From the human T2T-CHM13v2.0 reference genome, Homo sapiens, in NCBI RefSeq assembly GCF_009914755.1, contig NC_060932.1: a DNA stretch of 64,000 bases; one strand, 5' to 3'. The position numbers and the translations under genes were made by a program. Positions 42,844 through 59,482 of this stretch are shown here, piece after piece. The notes under the pieces are model-generated. The model did not search any database. It was not told the DNA's origin and was given only the letters and a program-made list of their open reading frames with translations. The stretch's first letter is position 1, and every line of letters begins with the position of its first letter.

Positions 42844-44729
42844 TAACCTGTGTTTTAATCCTTTGACTTCTAGGTATATTTCTTAATTGGTTCATAATTC
42901 AGAGGGGAATTACATAGCCCTCCACACCCCATTATCCCAAGAGGAAAACTGAGACTAAGTCTTCAGGACATATCTGGGATCCCTCTGAGGTTAAATAAAA
43001 TTGGTCCAAATCTCACCTCTGCATCTGTTACTCTGCAGCCTGGGATAATGTTGCAGGGTCTGGATAGCAGGAGAAAATACTAATAGCTATGGGGTTGTGT
43101 TCAAGCCTTTTGTTTTGCTCTGGTTAACAATTTCCTCATCAGTAAAATTAGGGGATTGGATTGATTGAGCTCTAAATTCATGTTTACCTTTAGTAGTCAT
43201 TGATTTTGAAGCATGGAAGGTGTTTGATTGCCAACATTGTTCATGACTCTGTGAGATAAATTTCATGTGGCTGATGTCACAGGGAGAAGGCAAAGCGTGA
43301 ATTATAGTGTCTGACCAAATGTTCTTTCACACCACAGATGACCCTGGCTCTGTGCCTTTTCTTGCCTCTATAGCCTCCTCCTGTGTCAGGGACTTCAGCT
43401 AGGTGGGCCAAGAAAGGGTAGAAGAGAACAGAACGAGCAAAAGGGACACCTGCTGTGACTGACTAGGTAACTGTTCCCAACAGCTGGAAGGAGGAGCATA
43501 GTGGTAGGAACCATGAACTACAGAGCTAGACCAACTGGATCCAAGTCTTGCTCTTGCACTTTCTAGCTTTGTGACCTTCTGCAAGTCACTTATCTATCTG
43601 ACCTCAGTTTCTCATCTATAAAATGGGGATTAAAAATAGTACCTATCTCTTAGGGTGGTTATGAAGAAGAGTTGTGCTTACAACTATGCCGGGGAAGCAG
43701 TCAGCATTCTTTGTAAGTTACTATTGGATTCTTTGATCCAAAGAATGATTCTCTACTAAATTTGACCACTCTGTAGTGGGAAAGACATAATCATCACATA
43801 GGAAATAAAGATGGTACCTGGGACAGATTTTTTTCCCTCTCCAAATATGAATACAGAGGAGAAGATTCCTGAAGGCTGCTGTTCAGATTGAATTGGTAGA
43901 AAATACAGAGTGAACCACTGGGCTCAGGCAAGCAACTGCTGTCAACACAGTTATCTATTTTGAGAATTTAAAAAATGCTAGTTTCTATCAAAAAGATGTC
44001 CATAATTATCAGCACTGTTGCATGTCTACTGAATAGTTATTATTGCTGTTCAAAATGATGGACCTAACACAAAATGCCAGTCTTAATATGGTTAACTGTT
44101 CACGTTCTTTAATGCAATATTATTATTAGGAATTTGAAAACTTACAGGTAGAATTTATGCCTGCAATGAACAATTATCGTGTTTTGTCTACTTGATGTTT
44201 CGTCCCTCATTCTTTGAGGAAAAAAGGGCCCTATTCTTTTCAAGAACTGAGTATCCCACTTCAATCATGTGACTCTAATGGGGGTTGCTAAGTATAGTAT
44301 CTTACACCACACCCACTCACTCTAACAGGTGGAAATCTGGTCCAGAGCTTAGACAGTAGCGGCTTTTACTCTTCAAGGGGTAGAGATTGTCCAGGGTGTG
44401 AATATGTAACTCAAACTGGGTCAATCTGAGTGCTTCTCTGGGATTTTAGAAACTGGTGTTTGGTGAAGGGTAGGTGGACAGAAGAGAGAGGAAATATATG
44501 TGATTTTGGAGCTGTTAGTATCTACTGCTTCACTGATATGGAGAAAGTCGGCTGAGAGTAAAATTATCACAAAAAGAGAAACAGAGATAAGAGATAAAGA
44601 GAGAAAATCCTGGGGTCCCAGTCCTTGTTTCTTAGGGGTTCCCACCCTCTCTGATGGCTGCCTATGTGAACCAGTACACCTCCCTCAGTTTAAGTTGGGT
44701 GGAACACTATGACACTTGTAGAATAATGA

Positions 44730-44805
44730 GTCCATCCATCCATCTATCCATCCATCCATCATCCACCCATTCATCCATCCATCCATCTATCCATTCATCC
44801 ATCCA
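44730..44805. repeat. Degenerate (CCAT)n repeat
   Basis: Read directly. Confidence 0.9.
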
Positions 44806-46256
44806 CTGTCTCACAAAGTTAATATCTACTGAAAGCCAACCATGTGTCAGGCTCTGTTCCAGGCACTGTGTCAGGTGTAGGAGATAATGCAGCGAATAAA
44901 ACAGAAAAGAGCTTAGCCCCTTGGAGGCAACTGACTTAATATATATAACAGGCAATCATCATAGGATCATGGGGATAGAGACAGGGTCAGGGGCAGAGGG
45001 TCAGGAAAAATCTCTCTTGGGAGGTGACATTAGGCAGGCTTGCAAAGGAAGTGAAGGAGGGGGCTACATAAAATGTGAGATAAGACCTTCTGGCTGAGGG
45101 AAGACAAGAGCTGAGATCATGCGTCCATTGTATTAGCCGAGGTCATTCTGCACTCATGGATAACAAGGGCATGACAGCCACCTGTGTTGCAGGCAGAGTC
45201 CAGCTGATGCGGAGGAAGGCTAATGGACTCCCTATGCATCTGCAAGGTCCATCTTCAGTGTTTGACTTAGTTGTAAGTTATGTAAATGCTTGAGATCAAT
45301 TTCCTCATAAGTAAAACAGAGGTACAACTCATCCCTGAATTAGGTCATTTTTTATAGTCACTCAGCAAATACATGTGGGGTACATCTTACACTTCAGGCA
45401 GAGTATTAGCCTTGTGGAGCTCATGGTCTAGAGAGGAAGAGAGGATTTAACAGGTGTATATGTAAATATGTATTATATTTATGTCATATATAAAATAAGA
45501 ACCTTATTATATTTGTATAGATACATAATAACTTTCAAATCAGTTTATTGAAAAGAACTCAAGCCCATAGTCAGTTATAAAGCTGTCGCTTATGAGGGCT
45601 GTCTTGACTGTTTTGATTTATGAGGATTTGTTTGAGGAATAAAAGCTCAGTTGAATTCTTACAATGAGTGGGAGGTTGGCTTTGATAATTTTATGCTTCC
45701 TTCTCAGGCTTTCTGATTCTAAGGTTAATCAGAAAGAAAAGAGCCAACTTCTACCGTGGGCTTACTAGGGGCCGAGCGTTATAAAGTATATATGCTTTAT
45801 TAGGGAAGTTCTGAGTCCTACCTCAGGGCATCATGAGTTGGGCATCTAAACTAGGTGAGAAGGGATGGGAGGGTGTCAGCTGCCTTCACTTTCATGAGAA
45901 TCAAATAAGATGACATATGTAAAATGCTTAGCATAAAATTATCAAAGCCAACCTCCCAGTCATTGTAAGAATTCAGCTGGGCTTATGTTCCACAGACAAG
46001 TCCACGTAAATCAAAACATTCAAGACAGCCCTTATAAAGCCATAGCTTTATAACTAAATATGGACTTGAGCTTTTTCCAATAACCTGACTGGAAAGTCAT
46101 TTTTCTTATCCCCAATATAGCACCAGCATGTTAAGTTACAGAGAATATAATTCTTTCATCAGCCTGACAAATAAACAAGTGTATAGGCTACCTATGCTAG
46201 AAGGAGGCGATAAGATAAACTCCAAATCTGACTCTATTTAGAAATATGAATAAAGG

Positions 46257-46584
46257 GGCTGGGCCCGGTGGCTCATGCCTGTAATCCCAGCACTATGGGA
46301 GACCAAGACGGGCGGATCACCTGAGGTCAGGAGTTTGAGACTAGCTTGGCCAACATGGTGAAACCCCGTCTCTACTAAAAAAGATACAAAAATTAGCCGG
46401 GTGTGGTGGTGCTCGCCTATCATTTCATCTACTTGGAAGGCTGAGGCGGGAGAATCACTTGAACCCAGGAAGCAGAGGTTTCAGTGAGCCGAGACTGTGC
46501 CACTGCACTCCAGCCTGGGCAACAGAGCAAGACTTCATCTCAAAAAAACAAAAAACAAAAAAGAAAAAGAAAAAGAAAAAAAAA
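46257..46584 (+). mobile_element. AluS in intron 9
   Basis: Perfect 17-bp TSD agaaatatgaataaagg (46240-46256 / 46585-46601). Confidence 0.96.
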
Positions 46585-48377
46585 AGAAATATGAATAAAG
46601 GAAGGTTGGAACACCAGGTGGCTGTCGGCCTGTTGAAGAAGCTATTGTAAGGTGGAAAATGCATACCATCAAGTGTGACCCTAATGCACACATACATTCC
46701 TGACATTCTGTAGTCACTTGGTTCCCCGCCTCCTGCGTAAAGGAATTGATTCCTCTGTTGGCAATTCTTGCATCCCATCTCCAGGTCTCATTTCCATCTG
46801 TAGGCTATGCAGCTATAATCACACCTGGCATCTCAACTGCTAATGCATCAGCCAGTCTGACTCTGTCCCAACCCTGGATGAAGGAGACTGAGTGACTTAC
46901 ATAATGACTTTGCTCTTCTTCTCTGAGGTGGGTGAGCCACCAAACACCCAGCAATAATGGGATAGATTTTCCCTCTGTGCTCTTGGCAGAGTGGGGGGTT
47001 CTTGAAAGGGACATGAGCAAGTTGATTACAAGATATCAGAAGCCCCTTTTCTAGGGAGGCATCCCCAGGAAAGCCTCAAAATGCATCTATCTGAGCCCTA
47101 ATTAAACCGGAAGTGCTGAATCCAGGGCACAGTGATATTTGAATGCAGATTTCAATGAATTTTCTTCATGTCTGTATAGAAAAGGCTCTAAAGGTAGATT
47201 TAATAATTCACTTGCAGTGTCAAAATCTGCACGATTTATAACCCTGTTGGTCATGAAAGAAGGAAAGCAAAGAACACCCTGTTGGGAGTCTTGAGACCTT
47301 GATCATCTACTCCTGGTGCTTATGGGGTGTGTGATGTGGGATGAGCCTGTCCTCTCCAGGGACCTTGGTTTCCATAGAATTATCTGCAGAGATCTCTGTG
47401 GTGTCCTTTCACTCTGCCTCTGGGAGCCACGAGCTGCTGAAGATTCTCTAGTGAATGTCCTGACACCATTACTGTCATTCACCTAACCCTCCTTTACGAT
47501 CTCCTCAAAGGCCCTTACAGTCCCAAGTGGGTCCAGGAAAGAACCACGTGGTTCATTTGAAAACACACCCAAAGGAAACAGAACTGACACTGTCAGTAAT
47601 TGTCTCTTCCAAGTGGGATTTTGTGTGGATAGGGCTTCATGGAAACACTTGGGAGGATTTGACTTGGCCTCCCAAAGGCCACTGTTCTCAAGTGGCTCCC
47701 CTATAAGGTAGTCCAGGGTCCTCTCACCTCCTCTGCCCAAATTCTGTCAGCACTAGGAGGAGAGCATTTGGACTTAGTGTCCAGGAGATTGATTGTGAGG
47801 ACTCACAAATGATTGGTCAATAATAATCGTTTAAAAATGGTTTCTACATGTCATATAGGTATATAGATAGATGTGGTTTACTGGGAAACCTCCACAGTCA
47901 TGATGATCATGAATTACAGTCTCGAGTCAACTTACCATCTGTGAGCCCAAGAAGCAGATGAAATGATATATCATGAAAATAACATGGTCTTAATATTTGC
48001 ACCTGACTTTGAATTTTGGTCTTGCCACTCAATCTCAACCCAACCTCTCTGAGCCACAATCTCCTCATCCACAAGGGATGATATTAGGGCCTATCTTACA
48101 TTGTGGTTGTGAAGACCAAATGAGATAACATATGCAGAACTCCTGACACAGAACCCAGACCCTCAATAAGAGGCTGCTGCCATGATTCCTATTAAGTTTC
48201 CCTCAGATCAACCAGAAGGAAACCAGGCAGAGGACTATGGTGGTCAGCAACAGTGTGACCCCAAAGACTCTATCTTGGGACCAGCATGACCTCCCATGGG
48301 GCCCTACACCATATGGAGCAGGATGCTCTGTCTTGACACAGAGATGTGAAGAAGGGAATTCATAATCAGAAACTTAC

Positions 48378-48404
48378 CTGGATGCTGCCTCCAGCTGTTC
48401 TTTC
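48378..48404 (-). CDS. KCNQ3: KCNQ3 exon 9 (27-nt microexon, phase 2-2)
   Basis: Long pyrimidine tract, then tctag|G AAA GAA CAG CTG GAG GCA GCA TCC AG|gtaagt; encodes (R)KEQLEAAS(S). Confidence 0.95.
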
Positions 48405-51038
48405 CTAGAAAGAGAAGAGGGAGAAAAAATAAAGCATAAATTACGTGAAACAGCTGTATCCTTCCTCGAAAGATTGCTGCAAAGCTTCTCTCTGAAGATG
48501 ATGGAGCAGAGTTGAGCTCTAGGACAGGATGGTCAGTGTGGAGGGAACCAATGAAGGAGGCGGGTTTACCCATCCAGACCCCAGCCCATGCTACTCCCGT
48601 TGGCTCTGAGGTTTTCAGGGCTCTTTTCAGCCACTCATTCATTCATTTATTCATCCAGAAAATGGTTGCTGAGCACTTACTCTGCCCCAGCTCTCATGTT
48701 GAGCTCAGGAAATTTATTTGGTGGTGGAGACAGACCAGGAAACCAGGAATGTCATAATGTAGCAGTCACACACCCCCATAACTTTGTCACTACCATTGTC
48801 ATCATAGCGAACATTGTCTTAACTCAATTAATCCTCATAACAACCCTATGAAGTACTATTATCATCCCATTTCCCTGAGGAGAAAATTGAGGCACAGAGG
48901 GATTAAATGAATTGCTCAAGGGCTCACAGTTAGGAGGCAGCAAAGTCAGGATCCAAACCCAGGTGATCTGGCTCTGGAGCCCTCACTCCTAACTGGGAGG
49001 TGCACCAGCCGTGCTTTACACATATTCATGACTCCAAGCCTTTTCTCAGGCTCTCCTTCTGCCTGGAACTCCCTTCCTCTTTTCCCTGCTTGGAACAGTC
49101 CTACTCATCCTTTATGTACACCTGGAGGGGCCCTCCTAGGGGTTCTTATTCAATTGCCCAAGGTCTACACTGAGCAAATCCCCTCACAAGTGGAATGGTA
49201 CTCTGTCATTATTACGTGGATCACATTGTAGTAGAATTACATGTAGTCTCGTTTTTTTTTTTTCTTGTCTAAAATATGAGCACTCTGGAGCCCAGCACGT
49301 GAGAGTGCTCACTAAATGTTGAAAGAATGACTGGCCTAACATAGGGATCCATGGGTGGGAGGGATGAAGACAGAACAAGAGAATCATGGCAGAGAAGTAA
49401 AAGAGTTAAGAATTTCTGCTTTGAGGGTCAGCTCAGCATTTAGTTACAGTGTGGCCTTGGGCTGGCCATACATTCTCTGGGCCCATTTCCCCGCGAGCAC
49501 AATAAAGTGATGAGTTAGTTGATCACAAAGCAGGTGGACACAGAAAGCTGTGACTCTCTAGGATGTTCTGAGTCTCTGAGGCCAGGAGAAGTAGGAAAGG
49601 TAGTAAGGGGAAGGAAAGGGCAAGGGGGCAGCTGAAGAGCATATTGGAAGAGAAGGCATGGTAGGGAGAAAGTTTAAAGGATTAGCACTGTCCATTCCTC
49701 TTTCACTCTCCACGATGAGTATTTCATGCTTCCTCTTCTACCATCAGACTTCTCTCACTTCTCCACCTTCCTCCCAGCTGATGACCTTGACTCCCCTCTC
49801 ACTGAGATCTACCCATGGTCTCACCATCTGGCTCCACTCACCGGACTTCTGTTTTGTGCCAATGGATGAAGGGCCCATGCTCTTAATGAAGGCCCATACT
49901 CCACAGACCAGGCCATCTCTGCTTCTCTCTCCTCTAGTCTTTCCCCTTCTCCCATATGCACATTTATCCTTCTCTACTAGACCCTTTCCATCAAAGAAAA
50001 AAATTCTTGGCCTCACATCCACTCCAGCTGTCACCTACACTCACTGAACCCACTTGCTCATTTCCTCATCACCCTTCAGTTCATGTCATCTGGCTTCTGT
50101 GTCCAGTACTCCACTGAGATTGCTCTAGCCAAAGCCCCAGCCAACTCCAAGTCACAACATCCCATGAGCACATCCCTATCTTATCTTCACTACCCTTATG
50201 ATAGGAAAGGACCAGTGCAGTTGACCTGTCCAGTTAACTGTTAGATCCCCAATACCAAATAGAGTGCACATAAGGGATGATCAATAAATATATGCTAAAT
50301 GAATGGACTAAATGAATAAAAGGGTTTTAACAACATTCCAGAGTGTTCTAGATCATGGTTGCTAACAGTGGTTTCCCAGGGCAGTAATTCGGAGGCTTCC
50401 TTTCCCCTTCGGCATCAATACTCCCTTGCAGCCCAGATTCAATCAGCCGAGACTGAACACTTGCTATGGGCTAGGGACTAAGACAACCACTCTCACACAT
50501 TTTACTCAGTTTGACCATCCAAACAACAATCTTCAAAAATGGGTCTTATTATCCAAACAACCCTTGTGTCATCTTACTTTTATCCAGTTTTCTCCCTAAA
50601 TAATGTTTTCTTCCCAGAGATACAATGCAAAATAAAAACATAGGTTTTGGCACAAGACCTGAGTTCCAATCTTTGTTCCATCACTTATCAGCTGAGCGAT
50701 ATTAAGCAAGCTAATTAATCTCATTGACTCTCTTATTCTTTACCTATAAAAATGGGGTTATGAAAAATGGAGTTACCCCTTCTACTTACCTTCCAGGACA
50801 TCCTAAAGCTTAAATAAGATAGTATGTATGAAAGCAGATCCAATGTTATTTGGCCATAGGAAATGACTAGTGCATATAGTCCCCTTTCTCCATTTCTAAG
50901 CACTCCAATAATCTTGACCCTGGTCGTAAAAGGAACAAGTCCTGGTTACACAATGAACTACCTGTTCTTGGTCAAGTATTTTCTACATCGTGGGCGAAGT
51001 CTTCTTATCTCCATTTCAGTTCTCATAGCTAACAATTC

Positions 51039-51190
51039 CAGAGCTGTGCTGTCCAATAGAGTAGTCATTAGTCATAGAAGGTTATTTACTTTAAAATTAA
51101 AAAATCTGTTCCTCAATTGCACTGCTAACAGTCAAATTCTCACTAGCCACATGAGGCTAGTGGCTACCATATTGAACGGTGCAGCTATAG
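51039..51190. mobile_element. MER3-like hAT MITE
   Basis: gctgtgctgtccaataga...tagccacatgaggctagtggctaccatattgaac. Confidence 0.75.
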
Positions 51191-51744
51191 AAAATGAAAA
51201 GCCAGACATAATTCCACTCTCCCTACCAGGAATAAAACAATGCACATGCTCTGTTTATAAAAAGCAATGTCTGATTTTTAACAGCTTCCCTCATCCCTGC
51301 TTGTATATAAGAACGTATAATCTGCCATCACTCCTACCCCAGCATCTTCCTGTACCCCCTCGGACCCTTATGACCAACTTGTACTAAGTCCATTCAGTCT
51401 CCACTGGTCAGCAGATCAGAAGACCTGGGTTTGCCCTCAGTTATGCCCAGCATGGTATGTGGCCTGAACTTCTTGGGGGTTCCTGAACTTCTGGGGGCTC
51501 TCAGGTTTTTCTCATAGAAAATTGGGTTTGGACTTGAAACTCTTTGAAGTTCTTTGCAATTCCAAAACAATGAGTTTATAATTATAATTTGTAATAAAAA
51601 AAATAAGAACAGACCACCGTCATCCATCACTGCTAGCCCCCAAAACACAGATACTTGCAAATTAACAAAGAACTACACTAAGCTGAAAATTGTGATATGG
51701 CATCATGTTGCAGATGGGCTACGCAACTTCATCCTTCCAAACCT

Positions 51745-52390
51745 TTGGCAGGAATCTAAAATGGTGCAGCCACTATGGAAAACAGTCTGGCAGTTCCTCA
51801 GGAAGTTAAACATAGACTTACCAATCCTACTCCTAGGCATATACCCAAGAGAGTTGAAAACATATGTCCATAGAATGTGTATGTGAATGTTCATAGCAGC
51901 ATTATTCACAAAAGCCAAAAAGTGGAAACAACCCAAATTTCCAACACCTGATGAATCATTAAACACAATGTGGTATATATAATCAAATATTATTTGGCTA
52001 TAAAAAGGAAAAAGGTTCTGATAGGCGCTACAACACAAATGAAACTTGAAAACATTATGCAAAGTGAAAGAAACCATGCATAAAAGAAAGACAATATATC
52101 ATATGATTTCATTATACTATGAAACGTTCAGGATAGGTGAAAGAAAGACAGAAAGTAGATAGTGATTGCAGGGGCTGAGGAGAAGACGGAACCAGGAGTA
52201 TCTGCTCACTGGGACAGAATTTCTTCCTGGGATAATAAAATTGTTCTAGAATTAGATAGTGGTGATTGATACCCCACTTTGTGAATATACTCAAAACCAC
52301 TGAACTGTTCACTTTAAAAGGGTACCTTTTATGGTATATAAAATCCTCTTGTGAGTTTTGAAATGTATCTCAAGAAAGTTGTTATTAAAA
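51745..52390 (+). mobile_element. L1M 3' fragment
   Basis: aaatggtgcagccactatggaaaacagtctggcagttcctca...ctcctaggcatatacccaagaga. Confidence 0.85.
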
Positions 52391-53624
52391 CAAGCATAAA
52401 CAAAAGACAAGAAAACCTTTAGGAGGTAGGTAAGAAAACACCAGTGTGTCGTCAGCTACTTCTTTGCCATTAACATACAGAGTGGGTTGGAATTCAGGGA
52501 CATTCTTTTCCCAAGGGACTGCCTTGCTTCAGAATGGTTGCTAAATGAATTTCTCTAGGGACATTATACTTTCGTCCTTGAAAAAAGAAAGAAAGAAATA
52601 TATTCTCTTAGTTTAAAAACCATTCTCATATCACAGCAGCTGTCTGCAGCACAATGTATTCCTCCAAGTCTCTGACAGCTAGGACAATGCCTTATTTATA
52701 ATACATCAACCCAAAAGAATGGGCCCATTGCCAACACCTTGGGATGCATACCAAATGGAAATTGTCTTGGTTCTGCATCCAAAGTGTTCTTGTTTGAGTT
52801 CAAGGTCACTGTGGTCTCTTAAGGGGAAGTCATCTGCCCATTCTAAGAAGACTCTGCTTTATGCTATCCCAAATCTTCAATGATTATAACAGGGATAGCA
52901 TTTTAGAATCAAATGGAAACATGTAAGTCATGTTCTGAGCAAGTAAGTCTAGTTACAAGTAAGTATACCCAAACTTTCCCATTCTTTTATTGAAGACTTG
53001 CTTCCTCTGACCCCTCTAACTCTCCCACCAGTCATGGGTCCCTTTTGCCTGTTCTCTTTCAGGTCCTCCTTCTACTCCCCCTTCGAACTGCTTTTACCTT
53101 GGTCTAGGCCCTCATTTCCTCTTACTCTGAACCCTGCAATATTTGCTAGCTGATCTTCTTGCTTTGACTTGAGTCCATAGATCCATCCTCCACACTCTTT
53201 GCTATCATCTTCCTGAAAAGTAGATCTACTGATGTCATTCTCTGGCTCATCTAGCTTCTCATTGCCTTCAGGATCAAAGTTAGATTCCTCTGCAAGTCAC
53301 CCGTGACCCTCCATGGTTGTCCCAGTGATTAACACATACAAGGGGATCAAAAATATTAGTGGACGGAGTGCCCTGAGTGCCCTGAACAGAAAGTGGCACC
53401 TGCCACCAGAACCTTTTGAGGAGTGAAAGCAAGATAGGAGGTGTGTGGCGGTGGTGATCAGGGGCCCAATCTTTCAGGGTCCTGGAGGTCATGGTCAGGT
53501 TTTGGACTTTCTTTACTTTGTCATGGTCACTGACTGGAAGGTTTTATGCCGGAAAATGAGTTGCAATTCTCTTCTATTTCCATAATCTGGAGATGGGAGT
53601 AGAAAGAGAAATTGAGGATAATGA

Positions 53625-53628
<4 letters not shown>

Positions 53629-53678
<50 letters not shown>
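53629..53678. repeat. (GT)25 microsatellite, intron 8
   Basis: Read directly. Confidence 0.97.
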
Positions 53679-53682
<4 letters not shown>

Positions 53683-54629
53683 AGAGGAGTTGTGGCTGGG
53701 CACAGAGAGAGCCCCCTATCTAGTAGCATTGGGTTATATGAGGGTCCACTGAACCTGTAGACACAATGACAGAAACTTGCTTTGAGGCAGGTTCCAGCCC
53801 CAACTATGAGGCTAACTGTCCATCTATGTTTCTTTCCAAGTCAAGGGTTCTAGGAGTCCAGCACACTACCCATACGCTTAACAATCTGAGCTCAGGCCCC
53901 TAGTATCAAAAACAAAAAAATGCACTCTGTTCTAGAAGCTCAAGTAGTGAAAAGACCATGGGCTTTGAAAGCCTCCAGATGTAGCTGACATTGGTTCAAA
54001 GTGTCAGAGCCTGACTCTGCTAGCTTCTCTGAAAGTAGCCTGGGAGTTTAAACCATTCAGCCTGGCTCCAGGTGTGGACTCTGGGCCACTGGCTCAGCCC
54101 CACCCCAGGGGCTCCTGTTCAGGATGCATTTACCATCACACTTCCATCAGAATTGCTGAAAGTGGAGGCCAGATCTACTTTGCACAATACCCCCATTAAG
54201 TCTGATGCACCTCAAATCTTCTGACTTATTTTATAGGGTACCTGTGGGGAATAAATGAAATAATGAACTCGAATGCCTAGAGCATAGTGGGCATCCAATG
54301 CATATTAATTTTGCCTTCCCTTTTCCATAACCATAGAAAAAGGTTCTTATTTTTCTCTGAGATCTTTAGTTCAATCTCCCACCTCTGAGAACACGAAACA
54401 GCGTCTCTGGGTGGCTAGAGGACTCTTCCTGCTGTCCTCTTCCGCATTTCCTTTCCTGGAGTCCAGAGTAGTCTGTGGGTGCAGGCCATGCCCAGGTTGG
54501 AGGAACATCCAAGATTTCAGGGTGGCTCATTGTGTGGGCTGCCCACTTCCTCAACCCACTGATCCTGCTCACACATTGATTGGACCTTTCCTTATCAGCT
54601 ACTCCATGCCACTCTGTGCTGGCTAACTG

Positions 54630-55524
<895 letters not shown>

Positions 55525-55626
55525 CTATAATTGGTGTTGTGGTGAGTGGGGGAATGGAGAGATGAACTGGAGTGGAGGGAGAGAAGAGAGTAGTAGGCAT
55601 AAAATCCCTGAAAGGAACAAGTACTA

Positions 55627-56054
<428 letters not shown>

Positions 56055-56758
56055 CTACCAGATGAGGTTTTGACATAAATATCCTAGAATCTCTAGGATT
56101 CTCTGATGGTTTGGGGTGTGGGGAGTTAATGGGTCAGGCTCTTGGAAACTGGGACAGGCCTAGGAACCACAATATGCGGGATGACATCATGCACCATCTA
56201 GAGTCAGGCACACAGACCCACAGAGACACTCACTACAACTGGAGAAAGCTCACCAGTGGGTGGCCATGCCCTCGCACACAGGCAGCTGTAGATAGGACAC
56301 TCTGCTTTCCTATTCACTGTGCCCTCATCCTCCAATAACCCATTAAAACAAAGCAGGAACTCCCTCTGAAATATAAGAGGAAACACTTCTGCCTCTCTCA
56401 TCACCTCTCACTGCTCCCTGCAACCCCCAGCCCATGTGAGGCTAGTGATGGAGATGGAAGGCTGGCAGGTGCATGTCCAACATCCTCTGGTCCATGGTTG
56501 TCTACTGGGCAGCACAAATGGGAAAAGTGTTTAATATTTTGCACATGTAAGGCATCTCTTTCTCTCTTGGCTTATGGGCTCTCTGCTTGGCAGATGTGAC
56601 AGAGACTGTTCTCCTTGTAGCTGATTGGCTAAGTACCTGGACTTTAGGCTGACTCTTCCCTATGGGTCCCTAGGCCAAATCTGAGGGGAAGTAGAAGGAG
56701 AAGAAAGCCTAGTGCAGCCCCAGGTCCAAGCCAAATTCTCATCTCCAACACACCATCA

Positions 56759-57100
<342 letters not shown>

Positions 57101-57293
57101 AAAAAAAAGCTGATAGGTTGGTCCTTGAGTTCTGTGTCTATTTCTTTCTTGGCTTAGAAACTGAATGAGAGAGTGACAGGATTGTCACCTTCAGTACACA
57201 GAAGAACAGGTGAAATAGATACCCATGGAAACTCCCCATAGCCATCCACAAGTAAGCATGTGCAAGCAGGCCTGCTCCTGCCTGGGCACATTA

Positions 57294-57295
<2 letters not shown>

Positions 57296-57337
<42 letters not shown>

Positions 57338-57436
57338 ACAAGACACACAGACACACATGGAATCCTGGGTCCTGTCCCAGTTCATGAGTATGTCCCCTCC
57401 ACATGTGCACACATGCACACATACACACACACACAC
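57296..57436. repeat. (AC)18 plus degenerate CA repeats, intron 7; reads (UG)n in the pre-mRNA
   Basis: Read directly. Confidence 0.95.
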
Positions 57437-57460
57437 GTATGTACATATGCATGGATCTTA

Positions 57461-57613
<153 letters not shown>

Positions 57614-59116
57614 TCAGCCCCCAGCTAGACTGTCCCAGCATTCCCGCTCCATTGCCAGGGTAATGGGGACTGTAGGGCTCAATTGCACTTCAAGTCCTTG
57701 CAGTGACAACACTGTACAAAGAAGGGAAGGGGGAAAGAGCCCTTCCTTCTCTTGAAGAGAGTAGGGAGCTTGGTTAAGTGAAATGAGCCTTGAAGTCAGG
57801 AAGACCTGGGTTCCAATTCTGACACTGCCACTTTCCAGGTGTGAGGGCCTGGGCAAGCCCCTTAGCCCTGTTGCATATTGGTTTTTTCTATAGGGATGTG
57901 GGATAATAATACCTAATGCATGATTAGAAAAAAGTGAGATAACCTTTATAAACTGCCAGTAAGGGGTACTGCACAAAATAGATGCCCAGTAATGTTAACT
58001 GAGTTTTAAAAATATTTTAGCTGCTTGAACTGTCACGTGATACTTTGACTATAGCCGGAACTTCCCAGAATTGGGATCTGTTTTGATTTTCAGGTCAGAC
58101 TTGCCAGTGGATTAAGTGGCCAGAAACACACACTTTCCAAGCTGAAAGAGAACTTGAAGATCTTGCAACATTCCTATGGCCCTGACTCATCAATGAGAAA
58201 ACTGAGATTTAAGAAGGTCATTTGCTCAAGGTCAAATAGCTTAGGAAAAAAACCGACAAGGTAGGGCTGCAAATAGAGAAAGAACATCACCAATGAAAGA
58301 ATGGAAGAGGAAGTGGGTGGCAGGGAGATTGTTACTTAAAAGTTTTTTTCAAGCTTCATGATTAAGAGCCAGGTTTTAGAACCAGTGGACTTGGGATTCC
58401 TGGCTCTACAACACAGTAGCCTTGTGGCTGTAGAAAATTTACTAACCCAATTAAGTCTCGGGTTTCACATTTGAAAAATTGAGATAAAAACAGCACCCGA
58501 CCCATAATGTTGCCATGAAGATTAAATGAGATGATGTGGGTAAAGCATTTGGCATGATTCAGGCACACAGTGAGTTCAACAAATGCAATCTGCTTTCATT
58601 ATTATTACGTACCTGGACACTGGGCGTTGGGGAAGTTACTCTATCATAGGTCAAGGCTTATTCTTGAGAGACATGTATTTTTTACATAAGCCAGTAAGTA
58701 ACAGGACAAGAGAAGGGAACTCACATAAATGAAGGACCTGCTCCGTGCAAGGCACTGGGAATGCATGAATGAAAAATATAATCCCAGAACCCAAGGAATT
58801 CACAGTCCTCTGGGGAAGGCAGATCTAGAAATGTGTAATCCTAGCATAGGGCCAGAAACTCCTTTACAGAATTATTCCCAGAGTTATGCCCAGAGCGACT
58901 AACTCAGCCTAAAGAAGGCAGCATTGAAAGAGGAGTTGATGTGTGAAGAAATCTTTGGCAAAGGAAAGCAGCAGGGCCTGTGGCAAAAAGGCAGGATCAT
59001 CATGCTTAAGGGAATGGCTAGGGAGTTGGTAGGGTATAAGAGGATAGAAGATGACACTGGAAAGTTGAGCTGGCACCAGGCGGTAAGGGGTCCTGCACGT
59101 CACATTGGGGATGTCA

Positions 59117-59314
<198 letters not shown>

Positions 59315-59482
59315 CTACCTGTAAGCCTCTCCATCAGCTTGGGCAATGCTCCCATTCATAACAAGGTTCCCTTAGGAGAAAAGACACCAAGTACCTACTA
59401 ACTTATATGGATGCCTTGAGACTTGTTGATAAGTTAAGGGTTTCCTACCTTAGTCAGTCAACAAATATTTCAGCAATTGCAA

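Noticed and set aside
50863-51387. 174-aa ORF, the longest non-KCNQ3 ORF
   Set aside because: It runs through a MER3 MITE, has no recognisable domain, and has no flanking splice or promoter evidence
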